DNA of 64,000 nucleotides from Octopus vulgaris (taxonomy: Eukaryota): positions 68,510,001 through 68,574,000 of the forward strand of contig OX597814.1 in the NCBI GenBank assembly GCA_951406725.2, in the 5' to 3' direction. How positions within the stretch are numbered: position 1 is the stretch's first letter; each line of letters opens with the position of its first letter. Of the stretch, positions 1 through 10,241 are shown piece by piece. Made by a program: the position numbers and the translations under genes. The notes beneath the pieces were generated by a model, which worked only from the letters and a program-made list of their open reading frames with translations, ran no database searches and was not told where the DNA came from.

Positions 1-847
1 AAAATAAACAGCAGTACAATCTTAGGAATTATTAGAGTGGCAGTGTTCTTAGAGCATCAATCCCCGATGAGGTTACGTTAGTTTTGTATACTTTTAGGAC
101 AAAATAAGGTGCTGGATTCGCTATAATAAACCAAAATATGTGTTATTGTATATAACTTGCATATTGATAATATCTTTTTCTTACCCTATCTCTCTTTCTT
201 CTTCTCTTTCTCTGTACCCAGATATATATAGGCATGTGCGCGCGCGTGTGTGAGCATGTGTGTGTAATTATTTATCTCTAATTTCTCAGTTTCTTAATTT
301 TCTAGCCATACTAAGTTCCACTAAATAACTATAATTTTACTTTATATTATATTTCTCAAATGGATTAATCCCTGTTTGTAAATTTGAATATACCATCATT
401 CTCCTATACTTATCTATTTTACGGGAAAAACTTTTTAAAAATATTTTCTATCATATTGGTGTCTATGTCTGTGCATTTTTAGTAGCTTTTGTTTACTATG
501 TACGATAGTTGGGACATGAAAACTATGTAGCTGATTTTAAATATTATGGAATACAAATAGAAACCAATCTCCGAGTTTGGATTCGTCATTGCATTCTTAT
601 CAATTTGTACTTCTATTCGAAGTACAGGAACGATATGCTTACAGGCGCTTCAATATGTCCTGAACTACGTTTTGGAAACATCCTGCAACATTTGTATAGT
701 AGTAATCTAGATTTCCAAACATAAAACTCTTACTCACATAGAATGCGATGTGAACTCAAGAAAAGTTCGAGAGCTAGACTTAAAAATACAAGTACTTAAC
801 TTTCTATTTTCCATTCAGAAGCACGTTTTATTAGGTATTATTATAGT

Positions 848-1130
848 TGATGGCTGCATAGTTAGCAACTTACCTTCAGAATCATGATGTCTTGGTTTCA
901 GTTCTGATGCGAATCATCTTGGGCAAGTTTCATTCTCTATAGTGTCGGATCGCCTCACAGCTGTGAGGGTAGGCAGTAAATGCATGCACTGCCGGACAGA
1001 TTGTAGATGTAACTCTAAAGTACAGCCTTTTCATGCTAATTCTGTCTGAGAATTACATAGAGGATACATGTGTCAATAAAATGCTCAACCATTTACTGGC
1101 TACTTCAATGAGTTTGGTATTTAAATTCAT
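848..1130 (+). mobile_element. Degenerate tRNA-headed SINE
   Basis: Decayed A/B-box head (GGCTGCATAGTTAG...GGTTTCAGTTC) followed by CTTGGGCAAGT..CTATAG, as in the SINE heads at 14751 and 15291. Confidence 0.45.
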
Positions 1131-1642
1131 CGAGCAACTGAACACCCATGGGGAAAAGTACGGGTCAAAACCCTATTTTTTCAATTTAAGGATTTTATTT
1201 TATTTTTGCACTCATTTCTTGTCATAACCAATGATTAGTGGTAATGGATCGGTGAGATCGTGATGTGAGCGTATCTTTCTTGGCTCTTCACGAAGCCTAT
1301 ACAATTACAAAATAGAGAAATACACCGAGTACATGACTGGTATTTTATCAACCGATTTTCAAGGATTGGTAGGCAAAGTTAGCCTCGGCAGGATTTCAAC
1401 TCAGAGTGCAGAAGGCCACATATAAATATCACAAATCATTATATGCCATGCTCTCATTTTATGATTATATTCTTGAAGTTGGCATTTAGCTTATTTAGAT
1501 CTTGGTATACAAATGATGCTATCTTTTTTGCATTGGTGAACCACCTAAACACCAAAACCTGGTCCTTGCAGTGAATCGATCCATATTTTGCGCCTCTAAG
1601 CTCACAATAAAAGTACAAATAAGTAAACCTCTACACACTTTA

Positions 1643-1991
1643 TAGATCGACCCCAGTGCATAACTGGTACATAATTTATTGGCCCCGAAAGGATGAAGGG
1701 CAAAGTCGACCTCAGTCGAATTTGAACTCAGAACGTAAAGACAGACGAAATAGCGCTAAGCATTTCGCCCGGCGTGCTAACGTTTCTTATTTCTTTACTG
1801 CCCACAAGGGGCTACACGCAGAGGGGACAAACAAGGACAAACGGATTAAGTCGATTATGTCGACCCTAGTGCGTAACTGGTACTTACTTAATCGAGCCCA
1901 AAAGGATGAAAAGCAAAGTCGACCTCGGCGGAATTTGAACTCAAAACGCATTTCGCCCGGTGTGCTAACGATTCTGCCAGCTCGCCGCCTT
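1643..1991 (-). mobile_element. Two tandem/nested copies of a tRNA-headed SINE (GGCGGCGAGCTGGCAGAA head family)
   Basis: Same head and body as the SINEs at 27029 and 32650. The 1790-1991 copy is complete with a tail; the 1643-1787 copy lacks the first ~14 nt. Confidence 0.85.
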
Positions 1992-2564
1992 CTTAGGGTT
2001 TCAAATGTCAGATCTTTTAAATCGAAAATTATTGAAGAATTATTAACTGCAATTTCCTATTTAACATGATTCCATTTATTTTCCATAGAATATAAGGCAA
2101 TTATAAATATTCGCATGAGTAGGCGAGGTTTTCAGAATATTGATGTAGGTTCTCAAATTTATGTTTGTTGTGCTTTGAGACATCAAATACAAACTGCAAT
2201 ATAAATGTTTTGCCAATAGATATTACTTTAAACCACTCCTCTTTAGTTCAATTATTACGATCCCTGCATAGAGTAAAAAAAATGGCTGTATGGTTTTGGG
2301 GGCTAGCCTTTATTTCTACATTCGACGACTTCTAACTAGTATCTTTGCGCGTACAGTACTGCTAAATATAAATCAGTTTTAGTTAGGGTGAAACGATTTG
2401 CTCAATGATAGATGCCTTTCGCTCAGTTGCTTTCTTTCTGAGAGAAACTTCATTGCAACAATTAGAGTCATTAAAAAAATTTTTGGTAAGAATTTCGTAG
2501 ATTTATATTTGCATTATCTAAAAGGTCAAATAACGATGAAATCAAATAGTAGTAGTTTTTATAC

Positions 2565-2685
2565 ACATACATACATACATACATACATACATACATACAT
2601 ACATACATACATACATACAAATAGATGGATAGATGGATAGACAGATAGAGATACAGACGGACGAACAGACGGACAGGCAGACAAA
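2565..2685. repeat. (CATA)n plus degenerate GATA/GACA microsatellite
   Basis: Directly visible. Confidence 0.95.
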
Positions 2686-3039
2686 TTAGCAGCTTTGCTA
2701 TCACTCTCCCTAACTAAGAAAGTCAAACCTTGCACCGTCTCTACCTTCACTGAGGTAATAAACAACTAGCCAACCTACACTGAAGATATGAAGCAGAAAG
2801 TGTAGGACAGAGGAACGAGTGGAGATGGAATGACAGGATCATACATTAAAGTGATGACTTGCTTGAATCGCGAGCTGCTACATAGTCGTTCAGCCTGCTG
2901 AAAATTTTAGCTAAATGGCTGTACAATCCCACCTTCCAGCCTTAAATGAAACTTATGTTGAAAAATATACTTCAGTGTATACAAACGGTGGAACAGTCAC
3001 TACTAGCATCTCATTTTAACAGATATATTTACCAAACTT

Positions 3040-3758
3040 TCATTACAATATCTTGAAATACTAAGTTTATTCAATAAAATCGCCTTTTGCTTCAACCAGA
3101 GCCTCCAGATGACTTCGGAATCTTTTGCAACTCATCTGGACGGTCCCCTTGTTTAAGTTGGTGAATGCTACCATAATCCTTGCCTTCAGTTCATCTTTGG
3201 TGTTACATGGAGTTCTGTTGGTCTCTCGCTCAACTCGCATAACACATAATAATTAAGGGGCTTGCAGTATGGGGAGTTAGGTGGCCTGATGTTGGGGTGA
3301 TGTGGTCGCAGAAATTGTCTGACAGCCATGGCTGGGTTATCCTGCTTGTGCAGCATGGTGCAGAGTCCTGTTACCAAACATAAGGCTTTCCAGCAGCCAC
3401 CTTCTTGACCCAGGGCAGCACTACCTCCTTCAGAAAATTGATGTGGGCCTCTGCGTTGAGTGTGAGGCCGTGTGGAAAGATGAGGCATAACGTCGCAATC
3501 ACTACTGATCACTCCAAACAACATGATGTTGACTGGATGTTTGGTTTTGATCAATCTCGGTGCATGTCTTCATATTGCACTGTCCTCAGATGTCGTTTCC
3601 AAATCTCTGACAGAGTGATTTGCGTCATGATTTTGTTTTTCTCAAAGACGGAGACCAACTGACCCAACTATACTGTGTAGTTGACAAACTCAAAAACAAA
3701 CCATGCGCATGCACAAAATAAAAAACCCTAAAATGGCAACTTTACCCATCGCACAATG
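3040..3758 (-). mobile_element. Internally deleted Tc1/mariner-superfamily transposon (DD37D/maT-like) remnant
   Basis: Minus-strand peptides KTKHPVNIMLFGVISSDCDVMP and PPNSPYCKPLNYYV resemble the catalytic-domain motifs (WPPxSPDLNPxDY); frameshifted. Confidence 0.75.
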
Positions 3759-3761
3759 TAC

Positions 3762-3802
<41 letters not shown>

Positions 3803-4010
3803 ACCGCGTGTGTACCGTTGGCGATTTTTTTTCCTCCGTCTTCCCTTCTCTGGATCTTTCCTTTTCCTATGTTTCTGACGAAGAGCTCCGCTGGAAACGT
3901 TGAACACTCCTTCTTCCCTTCCTTCCTGAGCGTCCAATAATACTATATTTGTTCCACGTCCTCGCGTTGTTGTGTTTTCTCTTTGTGTTTTCATTTTTGG
4001 ATTAACTTTA
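3803..4010 (+). mobile_element. Short non-autonomous PLE-type element carrying a hammerhead motif, between (TG)n and (TA)n
   Basis: Contains the hammerhead at 3870-3906; bounded by microsatellites. Confidence 0.6.
3870..3906 (+). ncRNA. Minimal type I hammerhead ribozyme motif
   Basis: [TGTTT]CTGACGA-A-[GAGC tcc GCTG]-GAAA-CGTT-[GAACA]: stem I pairs (one G-U), core intact, palindromic AACGTT stem III, one mismatch at the base of stem II. Confidence 0.7.
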
Positions 4011-4329
4011 AATATATATATCAAAATCAGCAACAGGATGTCCAGAGGTGATGCATTATGTCCGTTTCAAGCGGCTCCATTTAATTGAACAATGCAATCA
4101 TCACTTCAATTTCAATGCAGGGCTATCCTCAGCTGCATAAATAGATAAATAGAATATTTCTTTAATCAATCGGACATATTTGTGTAATTTTACATAAATT
4201 TTCTCAGAGGGTAAGGAGGCAGACGAAGTCCATGTTATTGTTACTTTTTCTAAGCTGCATAGACAAGAGCATGAACTTATGAAATATATATATATATATA
4301 TATATTTCATATATTTCTATAAGAAATAC

Positions 4330-4401
<72 letters not shown>

Positions 4402-4405
<4 letters not shown>

Positions 4406-4509
4406 AAGCCTACTACTTATTCTATCGGTCACTTATGCCGAACCGCTAAGTTACGGGGAAGTAAACACACCAGCGCCGGTTGTCAAGCGACGTTGGTGGG
4501 ACAAACACA

Positions 4510-4577
<68 letters not shown>

Positions 4578-4765
4578 TATATATATATATATACATGAAC
4601 ACATATACGACAAGCTTCTCTTAATTTCCGTCTACCAAATCCACTCACTAGGCATTGGTCGGCCCGAGGCTATAGTAGAAGACACTTGCCCAAGGTGCCA
4701 CGCAGTGGGATTGAACCCAGAAGCATGTGGTTGGTAAGCTACTTACAATACACCCACTCCTACGC

Positions 4766-4767
<2 letters not shown>
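4402..4767 (-). mobile_element. Major tRNA-headed SINE with internal (TA)/(TG) microsatellite
   Basis: Head AGGCGTAGGAGTGG...GGGTTCAATCCC...CCTTGGGCAAGTGTCTTCTACTATAGCCTCGGG; the family recurs at 14751, 14980, 15291, 16125, 38750 and 40550. Confidence 0.9.
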
Positions 4768-4797
<30 letters not shown>

Positions 4798-4840
4798 TAT
4801 TTACATTTGACTGATATTTGTCCCCATTTTGTTTGTTGTT

Positions 4841-4886
4841 GACACAACATTTCGGCTGATATACACTCCAGTCTTTAGCAGGTGTC
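4841..4886 (-). ncRNA. Degenerate hammerhead ribozyme motif (left arm)
   Basis: rc: [GACAC]CTGCTAA-A-[GACTG..CAGCC]-GAAA-TGTT-[GTGTC]; stems largely kept, CUGAUGA mutated. Confidence 0.55.
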
Positions 4887-4962
4887 TCGGGGAAATTTCG
4901 AACTTGGGTTCTCATTCCTAAGGTATTTTCCGATGTTGTTGTTGTTGTTGTTATTATTATTA

Positions 4963-5028
<66 letters not shown>

Positions 5029-5191
5029 TCAGTGCCTGGAGTCGAACTCGGAGTCTTGGGGTTAGTAGGTCCCCGCTCTTAACCACTACGCCATATAACC
5101 ACTACAGCATATGCCTGTGGGCATAGAGCAGGGGCTTCTAACTCCAAGATTCCGAGTTTGATTCCAGGCAGTGAGCTGAATAATAATAATC

Positions 5192-5233
<42 letters not shown>

Positions 5234-5304
5234 GCAATGATAATAATAACAACAACATCGGAAAATACCTTACGAATGAGAACCCAGGTTCGAAATTTCG
5301 TCAA

Positions 5305-5350
5305 GGCACCTGATGAAGGTCGGAGGGTATATCAACCAAAACGTTGTGTT
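5305..5350 (+). ncRNA. Degenerate hammerhead ribozyme motif (right arm)
   Basis: [GGCAC]CTGATGA-A-[GGTCG..CAACC]-AAAA-CGTT-[GTGTT]; GAAA mutated to AAAA, complementing the defect in the left arm. Confidence 0.6.
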
Positions 5351-5440
5351 AACAACAAACAAGGTTAGGACATAGATCGAATATAAATAATGTACATCCT
5401 TCCTCATCTCTTAAATATAGAAATGTAATATATATATATT

Positions 5441-5484
<44 letters not shown>

Positions 5485-5552
5485 CATATAAATATATGAT
5501 ATATGTATATATATGTGTGTGTGTCTATGTATGTATGTATGTATATGAAGTC

Positions 5553-5596
<44 letters not shown>

Positions 5597-5649
5597 CAAA
5601 AAATGAAATTGACCTCGATATTATGTAAATAGTGGGATTTATTTGTAAC

Positions 5650-5856
5650 ATAATATGTGACAATTATTCGGTTGCTATGATAAACCCTTTTGTCTTAATA
5701 ATGGTCATTTACATAGTAATTTCCCTTTGCTTAACTGTCATTTTCATAGCATATTTTAAATGCTTGATAACTGAACAGATGCCGGTGCACGTTTCCGCTC
5801 CGATATCCGAAACTCGGTGGTTTATCATGGCAACCGAATAATTGTCACATATTATA
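5650..5856. mobile_element. Short element with ~37-bp inverted repeats (MITE or PLE-derived)
   Basis: ATAATATGTGACAATTATTCGGTTGCTATGATAAACC versus GGTTTATCATGGCAACCGAATAATTGTCACATATTAT; a related end occurs at ~39040-39098. Confidence 0.65.
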
Positions 5857-5873
5857 TTAGAAATAAATATATG

Positions 5874-5921
<48 letters not shown>

Positions 5922-5924
<3 letters not shown>

Positions 5925-6348
5925 GATAAATATCAGAGTGAGTTATCAACAGTAGCAGAAACACATCGTGATGTAAATATGCCATTTGAATATGGCTAAC
6001 CCCTAAGGGTGGATGCTACTGTAGTTTTAGCCCCAGGAAGACATCTCCTCCAGCTGGCTATAGACACACTTTCTGTGTCCTATCAGTATTTGCAAAGGGA
6101 AGCCATCCTTCCCGTCTTCAACTTATGATACACACGAACTCGAGTTTCAAGGTATTGACCTATCATCAGCGTGTGGCAATCACAGTTGTCGATAGGAAAG
6201 AGGTTCTCTTTACAAATACATATACTTTTTCCAGTGTTCAGTGACACTGATATTGAAAAAGTGAAATCAAACAATGATAAATATCAGAGTGAGTTATCAA
6301 CAGTAGCAGTTGGCATATTTACATCACGATGTGTTTCTGCTACTGTTG
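5922..6348 (-). mobile_element. Non-autonomous PLE-type element with direct and inverted terminal duplications and an intact hammerhead
   Basis: 37-bp direct repeat (5922-5958 / ~6273-6309), 38-bp inverted repeat (~5947-5984 / 6311-6348), hammerhead at 6131-6175. Confidence 0.7.
6131..6175 (-). ncRNA. Type I hammerhead ribozyme motif with intact core
   Basis: rc: [CACACG]CTGATGA-T-[AGGT caat ACCT]-T-GAAA-CTCGAG-TT-[CGTGTG]; perfect 6-bp stem I, palindromic stem III. Confidence 0.8.
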
Positions 6349-6780
6349 GATTTTGTTCAAGTAATGCCTCAAGGAGCTTATCATGAAACATAACTGGTTG
6401 CCCTGTTCGATCTTCATCTTCAAGGCTGAAATCTCCACTTCTGAATTTTGCAAAACATCTTCTGCAAGTTCTTTTATTCAAGCATTCTTTCCACTAAAGT
6501 GAGTGCATGTTTCGAGTCGCTTTGGCTCCAGAGTTTCCTTTTTCGTACTCATAAAGCATTATGTGCCTCAAATATTCTTTGGATACTTCCATGTTTGAGG
6601 GGTTTTAATGAACGTAATATTAATTCTATTATTCTGCAAAATAATATTTATAATATTTAATTAGTTTAAATGTACAGAAATGGCTAAAAATAATTTTTAA
6701 TGCCTGAAGACATTCTAAAATACTATTGAATTTCGCTCAATTTTGAAAAAGGTAAAATCGGATAGAACGCATGGGATGAC

Positions 6781-6784
<4 letters not shown>
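6349..6784 (-). mobile_element. Inverted 5' part of a mariner transposon (TIR, 5' UTR, start of transposase)
   Basis: TIR-like TCGGATAGAACGCATGGGATGACC matches the TIR at 7970-7996; 6349-6625 is a near-identical reverse complement of 7033-7310. Confidence 0.85.
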
Positions 6785-6827
<43 letters not shown>

Positions 6828-7027
6828 GTCAATAATAATAAGGGTAAGATTAATTAATTAGTAATTGATAATTTTACCAAGCAGTGTTCAGTATGTAAAA
6901 GGACCATTTACAGTATATTTAAACATTAATTTATAAATTAGGGTTCAGCAAAAAAAAATTACTTTACCACATAGCGAACTTTTAGAAACAGCAGCCAAAG
7001 AATTTAGCTATTTCTCCTACTATAAGA

Positions 7028-7996
7028 ATATTAATATTACATTCATTAAAACCCTTCAAACATGGAAGTATCCAAAGAATATTTGAGGCACATAATGCTT
7101 TATGAGTACGAAAAAGGAAACTCTGGAGCCAAAGCGACTCGAAACATGCACTCACTTTAGTGGAAAGAATGCTTGAATAAAAGAACTTGCAGAAGATGTT
7201 TTGCAAAATTCAGAAGTGGAGATTTCAGCCTTGAAGATGAAGATCGAACAGGGCAACCAGTTATGTTTCATGATAAGCTCCTTGAGGCATTACTTGAACA
7301 AAATTCTACATTATCAGTTGACATCTGCTCTTCTCTCCATTCTCGCTAACTCATTTCCCTCTTTTTGGATAGACATGTGACTGGTGACGAAAAATGGATC
7401 TTGTATCGAAATGTTAAATGTCGTAAACATTGGCTTAGTAAAAGGGAAAAAGCTCAACCACAACCGAGAAGGGAACTATCTTATGGGATTGCAAAGGAGT
7501 AATTCACTTTGAATTGTTACCAACTAATGCAACAATCAATGCTTAAGTCTACTGTCAGCAATTAGAGCAGCTAAACCAAGCTTTGAAGAAAAAAAGACCC
7601 ACTTTAGTGAATAGAAAAGGAGTAATATTTCATCAGGACAGTGCGCGACCCCTCACCTCAAAGATCACGGAAGATCAAAGAGCTTGGTTGGAAAAAAATT
7701 CCTCATCCACCTTATTCTCCCGACCTTGCTCCTTCAGAGTACCATTTGTTTCGTAGTTGACAGAATCATTTGGGCGACATAACTTTCGCAAGGAGGTTGA
7801 AACTGACATTTGAGAGTTCTTCGCTTTGAAAACAAAAGAGCTTTTCATTGATGGGATTAAAAAGCTTGTAAGTAGATGGAAGGAAATCATAGATAATCAA
7901 GGAAAGTACATTGATGATTAAATTTCAATTAAATATAACATTTGATCACTTGTTTTCTTTATTCAAAATTCGGACCGAACTTATGGGATGACCTGA
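7028..7996 (+). mobile_element. Mariner (DD34D, Mos1/Hsmar1-like) transposon with 3' TIR
   Basis: Transposase motifs listed in the next entry; 3' TIR TTCGGACCGAACTTATGGGATGACCTGA followed by TA. Confidence 0.9.
7062..7921 (+). pseudogene. Mariner transposase pseudogene
   Basis: MEVSKEYLRH start, VTGDEKW, FHQDSARP, HPPYSPDLAPSEYHLF; stops, frameshifts and an internal deletion. Confidence 0.9.
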
Positions 7997-8477
7997 TATA
8001 TTTATAATTTTAAAATAATTTTATCATAAAAAACATTTTAGTACCGTTTTCAGTCTTTGAGACATTTTGAACTCTAAGTAGGGAAAAGTATTATATTTTG
8101 GAAAAATTAAATGAAAAGCAGGCCATGATACTCCTGACTGATGACGAGCAAAGACACAGAAACTAGTCTCTGAATGCAGGCTTAGCTGGCTGGGGGTGCT
8201 TGTCTCCCTCCTTTATACGTAAGGACACAGGAAATGTGTCAAGGCCGACAGGAAGCGTTGATGCTTCCTAGGTCTAAATAGCAGTGGTGTTATTCCCTTC
8301 ATGAGACTGTCACATTAAGTTGACACTATATAACTACTCTAAATTAAAAGTGTTTTAAAAGAATATTTGCATAGTATTCAAATACAAGGGACATTTTCTT
8401 TGTTTCTGTCTGTCTCTGTCTCTCATTTGTACTCTTGTGGTTTCGAGGTCACTGTATATTCTTGGGAGAGAAGGAAA

Positions 8478-8554
8478 AGAAGAAGAAGAGGAAGAAGAAA
8501 AAGAAGAAGAAGAAGAAGAAGAAGAAGAAGAAGAAGAAGAAGAAGAAGAAGAAG
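8478..8554. repeat. (AAG)n microsatellite
   Basis: Directly visible. Confidence 0.95.
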
Positions 8555-8955
8555 AGAAAGTATAAAAGAATGCGGGAGTGATATGGGAGTAGTAGGATGT
8601 TAAATGATCAAGTGCCCTGAAAGTGGCTTGTGGATGGTTGTAGTGATTGAATTCTTCAGGTATCTCTTTTGAATGTATTGTTTTTAATAGTTGCGTGTGT
8701 GTTATTCTAAGCAGCAGTAGTAGTAAAGTAAGGATGGAGGTGGTGGAGAGGAAGAAGTTGAAGAAGGAGAAGGGGGAGAGAAAGAATAATAAAAAATGCA
8801 GGAGTGGTATGATAGTAGTAGAATGTTAAATGGTCAAGAGACCTAAAAGTGGGACGTTGTAGATTATTGTAGTGATTGATATTGTTTTTAATGAATTCTT
8901 GAGTATCTTGTTTGAATGTATCATTTTTAATATTTGCGTGTGTGCTATTGTAAGG
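8555..8955. repeat. Diverged direct duplication of ~150-165 bp
   Basis: 8560-8711 aligns with 8788-8953 (AATGC.GGAGTG.TATG..AGTAGTAG.ATGTTAAATG.TCAAG...TTGCGTGTGTG.TATT.TAAG). Confidence 0.75.
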
Positions 8956-9028
8956 TGGTGGTGGTGGTGGTGGTGGTGGTGGTATATATATATATCTATC
9001 TATATATATATATATAAACACATACACA

Positions 9029-9072
<44 letters not shown>

Positions 9073-9386
9073 TATATGAAATATACTCAATCAGAATTTT
9101 AGGAAGAATTTTCACGTAAGTGATTGTTAAAAGCAATCCTGATGCCGACTGGGTTAAACCAAATATATTTGGTTAAAGATCATCAGTATAGGAAGATCAT
9201 CAGTATATATGTGTGTAAACAGACCATAAAATTAAAAAGTCAATAAAAGAAAAATGGAGAAGAAAAATTTTTACATTCCTAGGTTTCTTTTATTTGTATT
9301 TTAATTGTAAATGTAATGAAAATTAAAAGATGAAAATATATACCTATAATAGTATAAAAGGAACCGCTTCGACCAACATATATAAC

Positions 9387-9468
<82 letters not shown>

Positions 9469-9469
9469 T

Positions 9470-9690
9470 CAAAGACATTGAAAGACCCTGGAATAAGTAA
9501 CTCCCAGATTAAATGGAAAATTATTTCTAAAGCCCAAAAATGCGGAGGACGGGGTATCAAATGTGAACTCTGTATTACTGTAAAATTAAACATTATACAA
9601 TCAACAAATATATCCTAAACATTAGGGACGAGAACGTCTCTCCTGGCATATACAAGCAATATTTTACACTCAAATATTTCAAAGAAGAGC
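9470..9690 (+). pseudogene. Penelope-like element GIY-YIG C-terminal remnant
   Basis: IKWKIISKAQKCGGRGIKCELCITVKLNII...LNIRDE fits the PLE pattern IxWxILxxAxxY...CxLCLxEK...LNKRxE. Confidence 0.65.
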
Positions 9691-10124
9691 CACCATCTGC
9701 GACAGTAATCCCAGTAGGATATCCCCTTTCCTAAACGTGAAATGGGAATACACATAGTACACAAACTCCACACACAGTAGAACTATTCTCCGCTGAAGAA
9801 TTACCTCAGCACAAAAGTATACATCCACCATGCTCAGAACGAAAACAAAATAATGCAAATAAATTGACCCCACTGCAACTTCTCCAAAATACAAACATCC
9901 AAAAGACGCAACGCGAGAGTAACGTCCCTTGATTCATTGATTCATTGTTTTATTCCCATGAATTCACGAGAATCTCCCAGAACTCTACGAGGTTGTGTTT
10001 TCCGAAATGGAGGCGAACACCTTTCTTCATGTGATTAGCTTCAAAAATTGCTAATACACCAGGATATTTTCTTACTTTCCTTATCATAAAACCAACGGTA
10101 GCCTTAATTCCCAAATAAAAAAAT

Positions 10125-10196
<72 letters not shown>

Positions 10197-10241
10197 CATA
10201 CATACATACATACATACATACATACATACATACATACATAC

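Larger units (their letters stand above)
4793..5424. mobile_element. Head-to-head palindromic element; each arm is tRNA-like head + (TAA)n + hammerhead-containing tail
   Basis: 4793-5096 is the reverse complement of about 5125-5400; centre hairpin ATGCC-tgtg-GGCAT at 5111-5124; A box TGGCGTAGTGG and B box GAGTTCGACTC on the left arm. Confidence 0.85.

Noticed and set aside
5023-5096. tRNA gene
   Set aside because: A and B boxes are present but the acceptor stem is imperfect and the sequence continues into a repeat body; treated as a SINE-like head. The same applies to heads at 48127, 63790 and 63987.
8136-8172. Hammerhead-like CTGATGA...GAAACTAGTC
   Set aside because: Core words are present but stems I and II do not pair convincingly; probably a dead PLE ribozyme.
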